The translations under genes were made by a program, and so were the position numbers. A stretch of 64,000 bases of DNA from Acidobacteriota bacterium (GTDB taxonomy: Bacteria; Acidobacteriota; UBA890; WLXD01): positions 352,001 to 416,000 of the forward strand of contig CAXWPL010000002.1 in the NCBI GenBank assembly GCA_963666215.2, written 5' to 3'. The notes below the pieces were generated by a model. That model saw nothing but the letters and a program-made list of their open reading frames with translations. It made no database searches and was not told the DNA's origin. Shown one piece after another: positions 37,433 to 47,004 of this stretch (positions are counted from its first letter, which is position 1; every line of letters begins with the position of its first letter).

Positions 37433-39512
37433 CTATTCTGCGGGTTCGGGCTCGAGCGTGACCGGCGTGCTGCCGTCGGGGAACCCCTCGATACCAAACT
37501 CGGCGAGGAGGGTCGCGGCCAGATTCTGCAACGACGTCGCCTGACGGCCGAGCCGCTTGTTGGTGAACAGAACGCCCGGCACCGTCTCGTTCCTGATCCA
37601 TGATGTGGTCGCCTGACCAGTCGTCGAGGTTGTCGCCGATCCACTCCACAGGCATGCCGCCGAGCGCCGACGACCCCGAGCATGCCGCCGAGCGCCGACG
37701 ACCCCCGCGTGTGCCTTTCGCGAAGCCGACGATAATGTCGGGTCCGATCTCGAGGTGGCCACGGTCCTTGAAGTCGCGCTCCCGCACGTAGACGCGGGTG
37801 ACGGCCGGTTGGCCGGTCACGGGGTCGATTGCCGCAAGCAGGTCTCGCTCGAGCTGCTCGATCAACTCCTGGCGGTCGCCGGGCGCTACCACGCCTCGCG
37901 GCTCGCGGCCTCGTAGGTTCAGGTACAGCCCGCTGATGCCGAGCCCATAGGCCTGCGTGCGCCGCCAGTTGACGCCGGTCCAGAAGTCGGCCACCGGCAG
38001 CTTCGTACGGCGCTCGAGCTCCATGTATCCGCTGTCGACGAGCCAGGTGTTCAGATGGAACGAGCGTCGCCAGCTCGTGAAGCCGTGATCCGACATGACG
38101 ACGAGAGTGATGTCGTCGCCGGTTTCGTCGATGTAGTCGAGTGTACGGCCGACCATCTCGTCGAGGCGCTCGTACGCCTGGGGAATGGTGTCGGCGTAGG
38201 GCTCGTGCAGCTCGGGAACGTGCGCCGGATGGCCGGGGTCGAGCGTGACGCCCCAGAGGACGTGCGAGAGCTGGTCGAGGTTGCCGACGTAGTAGAAGAG
38301 GAACTCGCCCGTCCAGTTGTCGAGCATCCAGTCGTACTGCAGCCGATTCTCGCGGCCGATGATGCTCGCCTGGTGGACGAACTCGCCCGTGTCGAACAAA
38401 TCCCACTGGATCGCCTTGGTGTCCTCGGGCATCTCCTGGGTGTAGAAGCGCCCCGTGGCCTCGGCCATCTCCGCCGCGAAGCCCTCGGGGCTCGAGATCG
38501 GCATCGCGGGCGCCATCGGATCCATCTGGATCGGGCTCACGTAGAGCTCGAACTCGGGCTCCACCGACTTGAGGTAGAAGCGCACGATGCCGCTGATTGA
38601 TTGCAGGTAGGGGATGAGCTCGAACTCGACCTCGACCCAGTCGCTCCACTCGCCGGCCTCGAGCAGCAGCTCCTCATCGCCAACCACGAGCTTGGTGCCG
38701 CCGACGTCCGCGTCGATGTAGGCCGTGAATTCGCTCACGAGCTCTTCGGGCTCGATCAGCAGCGGGTGCGGTGGGCCGTACAGGGCACCCTCGAAGACAC
38801 CGTCGACGACGTCGGCCGGGTAGATCTTGCCGCCCGAGATGTTGCGGTTGAACTGGGTACGATCGGTGGTGAAGAAGTGGAACTCACCAGAGGTGCCGCG
38901 GAGGTCGGGCGTGCCCATACCGGAAAGCTCGTAGGTGCCGACTCCGACCGGCGGGAAGTTGGCCGGCATACGAATCATCGTGCTCTCGAAGCCGTTTTCT
39001 TCGAGCTGCTGCCAGAACGTGTCGCCGTATCGGGCGAGCTCGATGCCGCCGCCCGACAGGGGCAGCCGCCACTTGCCGATGTCGATCGTGCGGCCGACCG
39101 GGATCTCCTTGCTCGTGGCTTGATACGGCGTTCCGAACGGGAAGGGTGAGTCTTCGACCTCTCGGTGCAAGAAATCGAATATGCCGTGGCCGCCGCTATC
39201 GAGGCCGGTGATGAAGTTCGACCAGGCAACTGGACTCTGCGGCGAGTACGCGGTTTCGAGCGGCGAGAAGCCGCCTTGCTGGGCGACACGCGCCAGGTTC
39301 GGGAGGCGGCCCTGCTCGATGAGCTCGGTTGTGAACTCGTGGTCCATGCCGTCGAAGCCGAGGACGATCATGCGCTGACGTGGCGATTGGGCGCCCGCCG
39401 ACGCTGCTACCAGCGAGCTGGCGACAACCGCGACCGCAGGTGCCGTAAGTGCCGTAAGTGCCAGCAGGCCGATGGAACCGAGCAGAGTCCGAGTACGCGT
39501 TCGGAGGGTCAT
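37433..39512 (-). CDS. Exported alkaline-phosphatase-superfamily (NPP/type I phosphodiesterase-like) protein; apparent frameshift near 37590
   Basis: Signal peptide ..AGA-Q, VLGFDGMD, PQSPVAWSNFITG, DQLSH, MSDHGF, WSGDH; natural tail ETVPGVLFTNK..LAATLL lies in the frame ending 37433. Confidence 0.88.
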
Positions 39513-41746
39513 GGCGCGTTGTCTCCGGCATTCGAAAGCGTCAAGGCCTTCCCGTCCATATGAGGTGGCGGCTGCAGGCCGAACTGCTCGAGCGCGGTGG
39601 GGGCGATGTCGATGAGCGACGGCTCGTCTTCTTGCATATCACGGTTGCAGAAGATCACGCCCGGCACCAGCCGTGGATCGACGCAATGGTCACCGCTCCA
39701 CGCCTTGACGTTGTCCTCGAACAGCGGTGCCGAAACAACGCCGGTGGCGCAGTCCCACGAGGTTCGGTAGCCGCGGTTGTAACCGATGATGAACTCGGGG
39801 GCGTTCTCGAGATAGGGGCCCTGGTACAGCTTGGCGGTATCGAACGCTTCGATGATCGCCACCTCGCCGGTTTCAAGGTCGATGAGGCCCTCGAGCTTGG
39901 CGGCGATCTCTTCCTTGAGCGCCGCGACCTCGGTCTTGTGGACGATACCCTGACCCTCGCGGTCCTTGATGTTGAAGAACATGCCCGACAGGCCGAGGCA
40001 ATAGGCCTTGGTCTGTGACCAGTCAACATCGAGCAACCACTCGGCTTTTCCTGCCTCGGCGCCCGACTCGGTCGCGGTCGGCTTCAGCGTGAGGTAGCCG
40101 TTGTCGAGTAGCCATCGATTGAGGTTCACACCGCGGCGGAAGGAGGCGAAGCCGTGGTCCGAGAGCACCATCAGTAGGTCGCCGTCGCGCAGCTTGTCGA
40201 TGACCTCGCCGACCAGCTCGTCGTTGCGGATGTAGAGCTCTTCGATCGTGTCGTGGCAATCGCTTCTGTCGCCATTGCCGTTGGTTGCAGCGCCATTCCG
40301 GCTGTTCCCACCGGCCGCCAGCGCAGCCGGATGATCGTTCTCCAGATACCGCCAGAACATGTGCTGGATGCGGTCGGTGGCGTCGAACACGCACACCAGG
40401 CAGCCCTTGTGCAGGCGGTCCCAGGCCGCCCAGAACATCTCCTTGCGCTCGTCGTCGATGTCGAACGTCAGCTGCTTGAAGTGGCGGTCCTCAATGACCT
40501 TCTCGTTGAGCGCCCAGGTGTCTTCGGCGAGGCCGAGCGTCGAGTACTTACCCTGTAGCTTCGACAGATAGATCGCGTAGTAGTCGGGATGCGAGATGGG
40601 CATCGCCGGCTTTTCCGGATCCAGAGCGATGGGTGTCATGTAGAGCGAGAAATGAGGTTCGAGCTCGGTGATCATGATCCGGACAATACCCCTGACCTTG
40701 ACGCCCGGGACGGCGGGGAATGCCAGCTCGGTCCAGTCAGACAGCTCGTTGACCTTCAGCGATAGGTCCTTGTCGCCGACCTTGAGCTCGACGGTCCCAG
40801 TGGTCACATCGAAGGAGCCCGAGAGCGGCAGCTCGAGGGGCGGCGTTCCCACCCGCATGGAGTTCTCGGGGCCGGTGAGCGTGCCCTCGAACGCGTTGCC
40901 GTTGACTGTCACCGGCATGCGCATGCCGCCCTCCTTGAACTTGCCCTCTTCGGGCTTGTTCGTGAAGAGCAAGAACGTGCCCTGTGTCCCGAGTAGGTCC
41001 GGCACACACATCGCTGAAAGCTGGGCTCCATAGAACCGGTCGGGAGGGAAGGTAATCGGCACCCGCAGCACAGTGCTCCAGATGTTGTGCTCGCCGAGTA
41101 TCGTCCAGAAGGGCTTCGATTTGCGCAGTAGCCGCAGCTCAGGCTTGTCTCGCGGAATCTGGAACGGCCCGAGCTTGAGGTACCTGTCGACCGAGCCGAT
41201 CTTGGTGGACGACAGCACGGGCAGGTAGGTCCGTCGGTCGCGGTCGAGAAAGTCGTAGATGTTGTGGCGCGCCGGGTGGCTGCCGGTGGAGAACGACGAC
41301 CAGGCCACCGGAGAGATCGACGGGAACGTGGTCTTGAGCGGCTTGTAGGAGCCCATCTCGCCGAGCCGCTTGAAGTTGGGCAGCTTGCCCTCGGCCATGA
41401 AACGGTCGGTGAGCTGCGGGTCTTGCCCGTCGAAGCCCACGACGATCATCCGCTTGATCTTCGGGGTCGCCCTCGTTCGCCTCGTGAGCGCCCGCCACAG
41501 CATGCGGAACGGCCAGATCAACAGCGACAGGAACGCCACCAGCATCGTTGTGAACAGCACCATGAAGCTGGTCACGAAGGCGAAACCCGCTCCCGGGCCA
41601 ACGTAGGCCTCGGCTACCGTTGGCGTTAGCGTAGCGGCCGCCATTAGCGCGAGCGTTACGGCGATCGCAACGCGGCGAGCGCTTGCGCTGCCGTCTTCGA
41701 TTCGGATTCGACTAGATCGCCCTGTCACAGCGTTCGCACCGGCCAT
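39509..41746 (-). CDS. Membrane-anchored alkaline-phosphatase-superfamily (NPP-like) protein with N-terminal YVGPG motif
   Basis: Signal-like segment ending AEA-YVGPGAG, TM helix, basic stretch, VGFDGQD, PSISPVAWSSFSTG, DRIQH, LSDHGF, WSGDH, DIAPT. Confidence 0.92.
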   Translation of the reverse strand: MAGANAVTGRSSRIRIEDGSASARRVAIAVTLALMAAATLTPTVAEAYVGPGAGFAFVTSFMVLFTTMLVAFLSLLIWPFRMLWRALTRRTRATPKIKRMIVVGFDGQDPQLTDRFMAEGKLPNFKRLGEMGSYKPLKTTFPSISPVAWSSFSTGSHPARHNIYDFLDRDRRTYLPVLSSTKIGSVDRYLKLGPFQIPRDKPELRLLRKSKPFWTILGEHNIWSTVLRVPITFPPDRFYGAQLSAMCVPDLLGTQGTFLLFTNKPEEGKFKEGGMRMPVTVNGNAFEGTLTGPENSMRVGTPPLELPLSGSFDVTTGTVELKVGDKDLSLKVNELSDWTELAFPAVPGVKVRGIVRIMITELEPHFSLYMTPIALDPEKPAMPISHPDYYAIYLSKLQGKYSTLGLAEDTWALNEKVIEDRHFKQLTFDIDDERKEMFWAAWDRLHKGCLVCVFDATDRIQHMFWRYLENDHPAALAAGGNSRNGAATNGNGDRSDCHDTIEELYIRNDELVGEVIDKLRDGDLLMVLSDHGFASFRRGVNLNRWLLDNGYLTLKPTATESGAEAGKAEWLLDVDWSQTKAYCLGLSGMFFNIKDREGQGIVHKTEVAALKEEIAAKLEGLIDLETGEVAIIEAFDTAKLYQGPYLENAPEFIIGYNRGYRTSWDCATGVVSAPLFEDNVKAWSGDHCVDPRLVPGVIFCNRDMQEDEPSLIDIAPTALEQFGLQPPPHMDGKALTLSNAGDNAP

Positions 41747-41750
41747 CCGT

Positions 41751-43085
41751 TCAGCTCGCTTTTGGTTCGTTCTGGTCGTCGCTCTCGTTTCTCTCGTGGT
41801 CTCTCTCACATTCTCTCTCCAGCAGACCGGCCAGCTCGCCGATCCATAAGTCGCCGTCGATGGGCTGCGGCGAGAGCAAGAACGCGTCGTCGTAGGTATG
41901 CATTCCGACGAGGTCGGTACGATCGAAGGTGCGCGTCGCCCTGGGCGACGCCTTGAGATCGAATCCCGGCTCGGCCAGAACGACCAGATCCGGACCTTTC
42001 GGAACCCGCGGGCCCGCGTAGATCGCGCTAGCGTCGTAGACTTCGCGAATCGCAGCCGCGCCATCATACCGCAGCTCGCGCAGCCGGTTTTGTAGCTCGA
42101 ACATCAGTGATTTCGCCTCTCCCGGCGCCACGCTGCCGCGCGCGAAGCGGCCGCGACGGTGGATGTAGATGCGGCCGGGATCGAGGGCGAAGGCGCGCGA
42201 ACGCCCGGAGATGGTCTCGAGTCCCAACTGCGGCTCCGAGTCGAACTCCAGGTAGCCGTTCTCCTGCAGCCAGTGGTTGAGCTGGACCTCCTGGCGGATG
42301 GCGCAGAACCCATGGTCGGACAGCAGCCAGGTGCGCTCGCGACAATTCAGCCGATCGAGGATCTCGCCGATCAGCGCGTCGACGGCGCGATGGTAGTCAA
42401 GCGCTTGTTCATGCCGTGGGTGCGAAGGGTCGACGAGGGAGTCCCAAAGGTAGTGATACAGGCGGTCGGTTCCGGTCACGACGATCTGCAGAAAGTCCCA
42501 GTCGACCGACTCCGAGAGGTGGATGAGGGCTTCGCGCCGCGTACGCAGCGACTCGTCCAGCTGTTCGAACAACAGGTCGTGGTCGGTTCGGCAGCGCCCG
42601 GTGTCGATGTCGATGCGGTAGCCCATGCGCCGTAATGGCGCCAGGTGCGTGAGGGGCTTGATTGACTTGGCGAGATCGATCGCCACGAACCCCGAAACGA
42701 TCGCGCCGGGGATGGAGCGTGCCGGGTAGGTTGCCGGTTGGTTGAGCACGACGGATGTGAGACCGCGAGCGCCGAGTCGGTCCCACAAGGTGTCAACCTG
42801 AAGGTCACGGAAGCTCGGAAACCGTAGCTCGTAGGTGTCGACATCGATGTCGGTAAAGCCGAAGATGCCGTGCGTGCCGGGGTCGACGCCGGTCATGAAG
42901 CTCGACCAGCTCACCGACGAGATCTCGGGCAACGACGCGCGGATCTTGCGTAACGAGCCTGATGGGCGAGACTCGATCAGCTCCGCGAGCCGGGGCATGA
43001 CCCCGGAGCCGGTGAGTTGCAGAATCAACCCGTGCGGCACTCCGTCGAGCCCGATGACGCAGGTCCGTCGTCTACCTCCGTTCAT
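41751..43085 (-). CDS. Cytoplasmic alkaline-phosphatase-superfamily (NPP-like) protein
   Basis: No signal peptide; IGLDGVP, PEISSVSWSSFMTG..HGIFGF, DRLYH, LSDHGF, GMHTYDDA. Confidence 0.92.
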   Translation of the reverse strand: MNGGRRRTCVIGLDGVPHGLILQLTGSGVMPRLAELIESRPSGSLRKIRASLPEISSVSWSSFMTGVDPGTHGIFGFTDIDVDTYELRFPSFRDLQVDTLWDRLGARGLTSVVLNQPATYPARSIPGAIVSGFVAIDLAKSIKPLTHLAPLRRMGYRIDIDTGRCRTDHDLLFEQLDESLRTRREALIHLSESVDWDFLQIVVTGTDRLYHYLWDSLVDPSHPRHEQALDYHRAVDALIGEILDRLNCRERTWLLSDHGFCAIRQEVQLNHWLQENGYLEFDSEPQLGLETISGRSRAFALDPGRIYIHRRGRFARGSVAPGEAKSLMFELQNRLRELRYDGAAAIREVYDASAIYAGPRVPKGPDLVVLAEPGFDLKASPRATRTFDRTDLVGMHTYDDAFLLSPQPIDGDLWIGELAGLLERECERDHERNESDDQNEPKAS

Positions 43086-43095
43086 GGGCCCGACT

Positions 43096-43695
43096 CTACA
43101 GGTAGCCCAGCGCTTGCAGTCGCTGCTTGATCGCCTCTTCCTCTTCGGGCGTTGTGTCGTCGTCCTCGCCGGGCGGGACGTAGCCGAGCAACTCGAGCGA
43201 GGTGAGGATCTTGTCGAGGCTCTGTTGCAGCGTCTCGGCCTCGGTATCGCACACAATCTCGGGCTTCAGCGGTTCTTCGTACGGGTCCGAGATCCCTGTG
43301 AAGTTCTTGATCTCGCCGGCAAGCGCCTTCTTGTACAGGCCCTTGGGGTCGCGCTCCGACAGGTGCTCGATTGAGCAAGTCGCGTAGACCTCGACGAAGT
43401 TGTCCATGCTCTCGCGCACCTCGTCACGCACCGATCGGTACGGCGAGATGGCCGCCGAGATCGCCACCACACCGTTGCGCGACAGCAAGTTGCAGACGTA
43501 GCCGATGCGTCGAATGTTGATGTCGCGGTCTTCCTTCGAGAACGTGAGGCCCTTGCTGAGGTTGGTGCGGACCTCGTCGCCGTCGAGGATCTCAACCCGG
43601 TGGCCGCGCTCGCGGAGTAGGGGAGCGAGCGCGTTCGAGATCGTCGACTTTCCGGCTCCTGAGAGACCGGTGAACCAGAGGGTGAAGCCTTGCAT
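43096..43695 (-). CDS. cysC: Adenylyl-sulfate (APS) kinase with extra LGY tail
   Basis: WFTGLSGAGKST, LDGDEVR, ISPYR, RDPKGLY, FTGISDPYE; tail EEEEAIKQRLQALGYL*. Confidence 0.97.
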   Translation of the reverse strand: MQGFTLWFTGLSGAGKSTISNALAPLLRERGHRVEILDGDEVRTNLSKGLTFSKEDRDINIRRIGYVCNLLSRNGVVAISAAISPYRSVRDEVRESMDNFVEVYATCSIEHLSERDPKGLYKKALAGEIKNFTGISDPYEEPLKPEIVCDTEAETLQQSLDKILTSLELLGYVPPGEDDDTTPEEEEAIKQRLQALGYL

Positions 43696-43771
43696 GACGT
43701 ACTCCGAAAAGGGTGCGGGGTTGAGCCTGTGGCGGGAATCTTGCGGCTTGCGAAGCCGAACCGGCAGCTGG

Positions 43772-44947
43772 CTAGGCCTTGACGGCGGCCGGCTGCTCGA
43801 TGCCCTGAAAATGCTGCTTGAGGATCGCGGCTATTTCCGGCCGGGTGAACTCGGCCGGTAGGTCCTCGCCGTTTCCGAGCATCTCGCGGATGTTGGTGCC
43901 GCTCAGGAACACGTGGTCTTCCTTGCCGTGCGGGCAGGTTTTTGTCGATCCCATGTTGCCGCAGGCGTTGCAGAAGAACGCATGGTCGAAGAAGAGCGGC
44001 GTGATGCCGATCTCCAACCGATCAAACTCCTGGAAAATCACGTGAGCATCGTAGGTGCCGTAGTAGCCGCCAACCCCAGCGTGATCGCGACCCACGATGA
44101 AGTGTGTGCACCCATAGTTCTTGCGCACGATGGCGTGGAATACGGCCTCACGCGGGCCGGCGTAGCGCATCGCCGCCGGCAGAATCGACATCGCCACGCG
44201 ATCTGGCGGGTAGTAATTGTCGAGCAGAGCGAGGTAGCACTTGAGGCGCACGTCGGCTGGAATGTCGTCCGACTTGGTCTCGCCCATGATCGGGTGGATC
44301 AGCAGCGCATCGACCATCTCGAGGGCGCACTTCTGTAGGTACTCATGTGCCCGGTGGATCGGGTTACGCGTCTGGAATGCGGCCACGCTGTTCCAGCCCT
44401 TGGCCTTGAACAGCACACGCGTCTCGCGCGGGTCAAGCCGGTAGCGTTCCAGCTCGTCGTCTTGCGGCCGCTCGATCACCGTGACCTGGCCGCCGAGGTA
44501 AACATCGCGGGAACGGCGCAGGTAGCCAACTCCGGGGTGCGCGTCGTCGGTTGTACGGAGAACCTTGAGCGCTTCGCGCTCTTTGTCGGGGGTGTAGATG
44601 TTGGAGATCTCGATCATGCCGAACACGGTGCCAGCCTCGTCGACGAGCGCGGCCTCGGTATCGGGCGCCAACCTCTGCGCTTCCTCGGGGCTGCAGCTGA
44701 GCGTGATCGGGATCGTCCAGGGCAGGCCGTTGGCCAGCCGGCCGTTCTCACAGACGCTGTCGTAGTCCGACCGACCCAGGAAGCCGGTGAGTGGGCTCAG
44801 CGCTCCGGTCGCGATCATCTCGAGGTCGCTTGCCTCGCGGCGGTTCATTACGATCTCGGGTAATCCGCCGAGTCGAGCGCGGAGCGCCGTAGTTTCGTCG
44901 TCGGTTGCGAAGCGGCTTACCAGGCGGCCGCCGTGGGCTTTGATCAT
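43772..44947 (-). CDS. sat: Sulfate adenylyltransferase (ATP sulfurylase)
   Basis: [36 protein letters not shown]. Confidence 0.98.
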   Translation of the reverse strand: MIKAHGGRLVSRFATDDETTALRARLGGLPEIVMNRREASDLEMIATGALSPLTGFLGRSDYDSVCENGRLANGLPWTIPITLSCSPEEAQRLAPDTEAALVDEAGTVFGMIEISNIYTPDKEREALKVLRTTDDAHPGVGYLRRSRDVYLGGQVTVIERPQDDELERYRLDPRETRVLFKAKGWNSVAAFQTRNPIHRAHEYLQKCALEMVDALLIHPIMGETKSDDIPADVRLKCYLALLDNYYPPDRVAMSILPAAMRYAGPREAVFHAIVRKNYGCTHFIVGRDHAGVGGYYGTYDAHVIFQEFDRLEIGITPLFFDHAFFCNACGNMGSTKTCPHGKEDHVFLSGTNIREMLGNGEDLPAEFTRPEIAAILKQHFQGIEQPAAVKA

Positions 44948-45162
44948 CAGAGGTACCCCAGGTTTTCGAGTTTCTTACGAATCGCACTGAGCTCGTCGGG
45001 TGGCAGATCGTTGTTCCCCGGCTCTGGGCTCAGGGTGCCGACGAGGTCGCGCAGGACGAACACGATGAAGTCTGTCGGCGAGCTGAAACCGGATCCGTCG
45101 ATGACCTCGACGAGCCGGTTGTACAGCGGCCGCGGAATCTTGATGCTGACGCGATCGCTCAT
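44947..45162 (-). CDS. 71-aa RHH/CopG-like protein with LGY tail
   Basis: [30 protein letters not shown], then [15 protein letters not shown]; stop overlaps the sat start. Confidence 0.88.
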   Translation of the reverse strand: MSDRVSIKIPRPLYNRLVEVIDGSGFSSPTDFIVFVLRDLVGTLSPEPGNNDLPPDELSAIRKKLENLGYL

Positions 45163-45206
45163 GTTTGGACAGCGGATTTGCCCGCGTCGGGCGGGCTTGG
45201 CGGACC

Positions 45207-45235
45207 GATTGGGTCCTGATTGGGTCCTGATTGTA
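45207..45235 (-). promoter_or_regulatory. -10 box TACAAT overlapped by 11-bp tandem repeats (candidate operator)
   Basis: Minus strand TACAATCAGGACCCAATCAGGACCCAATC, about 45 nt upstream of the RHH gene. Confidence 0.5.
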
Positions 45236-45378
45236 CCCCAATTAGAGCCGGGCGCTAGTCAGCTAGTCACCCCTCGCAAGAAATTTAATCGCCGGCGCGC
45301 TGTCCAGAAGCCACGCGAGCGTCGCCCCAGTTGCGACCCTACGGATCGGATCGCCCTATTGCGCCAGCTGCAGCCCAG

Positions 45379-46236
45379 CTAGAAGTACTTCGACGCGTGT
45401 CGCAGCAGGTCGTCGTGGACCACGCTGTTCGTCGCCAGCAAACCGCGCATGTTCTCCAGCGCGTTGGCGTCGGTCGCGTCGTAGCGGATCGGCGAGCCGT
45501 CGAAGTCGGTCATGCGGCCGCCGGCCGCGGCGAGGATCGCTTCGGGGGCGCAAGCGTCCCATAGCTTGGTTCCGCGGCTCGGGTGAAGGTACAAGTCGCA
45601 GTCTCGAGTCGAGATCCGTCCGATCTTGAGGCCGACGCTGCCCGACTTGACCATCTGGGTGATCCCCACCTCGTCGGCCATGCGCCGGACGGTCTCGGGG
45701 GTATGGGAGCGGCTGACGATCAGCTTGAGGGCGCTGAGCTCCGACGTGCCGCTCACTGCGAGCGGCGAGACCTCGGTGGCACCGTCGGCTGCCGAAATTG
45801 ATCCGCGGCGAACCACCTCGGCTCCCTCGCCAACGACGCCGCGATAGAGGGTGTCGGTGGCAGGCTGGTAGACAACGCCCATCGTGGGCCGACCGTCGAC
45901 GCACAGACCGATCATGGCGGCGAACTCGTCGGTGTGGTTGATGAACTCCTTGGTGCCGTCCATGGGATCGACCATCCAAACGCGGTGCTTGCCGACGAGC
46001 GCGTCCGTGTCGATCGATTCCTCTGAGAGGACGCCGTCTGAGGGGAACGCGGCGTTCAGGCGCGAGACGATGAGGCGGCTGGATGCGTGATCGGCCTCGG
46101 TAACCGGATCGGCCTCGCCCTTGAGCTCGACGGTGTAGTCGCCGCGGTAGTAGCTCATCAGGACGGCGCCTGCGTCGCGCACGATCTCCTCGATCGTGGT
46201 GAGCTGCTGGCGCTGTAGGCTGGCAAGCGTGGACAT
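45379..46236 (-). CDS. cysQ: 3'(2'),5'-bisphosphate nucleotidase (CysQ/inositol monophosphatase family)
   Basis: PVTEAD, LSEE, VDPMDGTKEFI, VSRSH, GSVGLK, WDACAPEAIL; next to sat-cysC. Confidence 0.88.
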   Translation of the reverse strand: MSTLASLQRQQLTTIEEIVRDAGAVLMSYYRGDYTVELKGEADPVTEADHASSRLIVSRLNAAFPSDGVLSEESIDTDALVGKHRVWMVDPMDGTKEFINHTDEFAAMIGLCVDGRPTMGVVYQPATDTLYRGVVGEGAEVVRRGSISAADGATEVSPLAVSGTSELSALKLIVSRSHTPETVRRMADEVGITQMVKSGSVGLKIGRISTRDCDLYLHPSRGTKLWDACAPEAILAAAGGRMTDFDGSPIRYDATDANALENMRGLLATNSVVHDDLLRHASKYF

Positions 46237-46481
46237 GCGCGCGGTCGGATGTTCGGGCGGCGGGACAGGAGTGAGTACGCGGGCGTTGGCCCTGCTGCGG
46301 CCAGCGGCGGCAGCTTACCAACGCGATCGCAGGCGAGTGTGCGCGGGCCGCGATAAAGCGCTGGCCGAAGCGAATCGGTGTCGTTCGCTTGACGCGCGTC
46401 GACGGCGCTCGCAGCATCTAGCAGTTCTCCGCCATCGACTGCGGCTGCTTCCGCCACCACCGCCAACTCGAGGAGTCGAAG

Positions 46482-46886
46482 ATGTCCGTCGAAAGACAAT
46501 TGACCGTGGCCTGGCAGAACCAACCGGGCGAGCTAGCCAATTGCTGCGAACAGCTCTCCGCGGCCGGCCTCAACATCGTCGCTCTGGCCACGGCTGAGGC
46601 CGGTGAGTACGGCGCCATGCGGATCCTGGTGGACGACGTGTCGCGCGCTCGCGAGGTGTTCCGCAACGCCGGAGTTGCTCACACGACCATCGAGGTCCTG
46701 GTTGTCCACATGAACAACCACTCCGGCAGCCTCGCGACTCTCGCGCGCCTGCTGTCGGACAACAAGATCAACATCGAGTACTTCTACGCTTCGGCGTCAC
46801 CAAGCTCGGAATCGGCAGTGGGTGTGTTCAAGGTCTCGGATGCCTACCGCGCCGACGAGATCCTGGCAGAGGCAGAAACCGCCTGA
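46482..46886 (+). CDS. Tandem ACT-domain protein
   Basis: QLTVAWQNQPGELA..GLNIVAL and NHSGSLA..INIEYFY. Confidence 0.9.
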   Translation: MSVERQLTVAWQNQPGELANCCEQLSAAGLNIVALATAEAGEYGAMRILVDDVSRAREVFRNAGVAHTTIEVLVVHMNNHSGSLATLARLLSDNKINIEYFYASASPSSESAVGVFKVSDAYRADEILAEAETA

Positions 46887-47004
46887 GTGGCGCGGGCCGA
46901 GCATGGTTTTGCTCGGCTCCCATTCCCACTCAAAGTCCCGGTCCCCTCCGATTACACCGTTCACCGCGGCTCGCGCGAGAACGCCGCTCTTTCCGGACAA
47001 CGAT

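Noticed and set aside
43096-44947. sat-cysC as assimilatory or dissimilatory sulfate reduction
   Set aside because: No cysH, cysI/J, apr or dsr genes in the window; they may exist elsewhere in the genome
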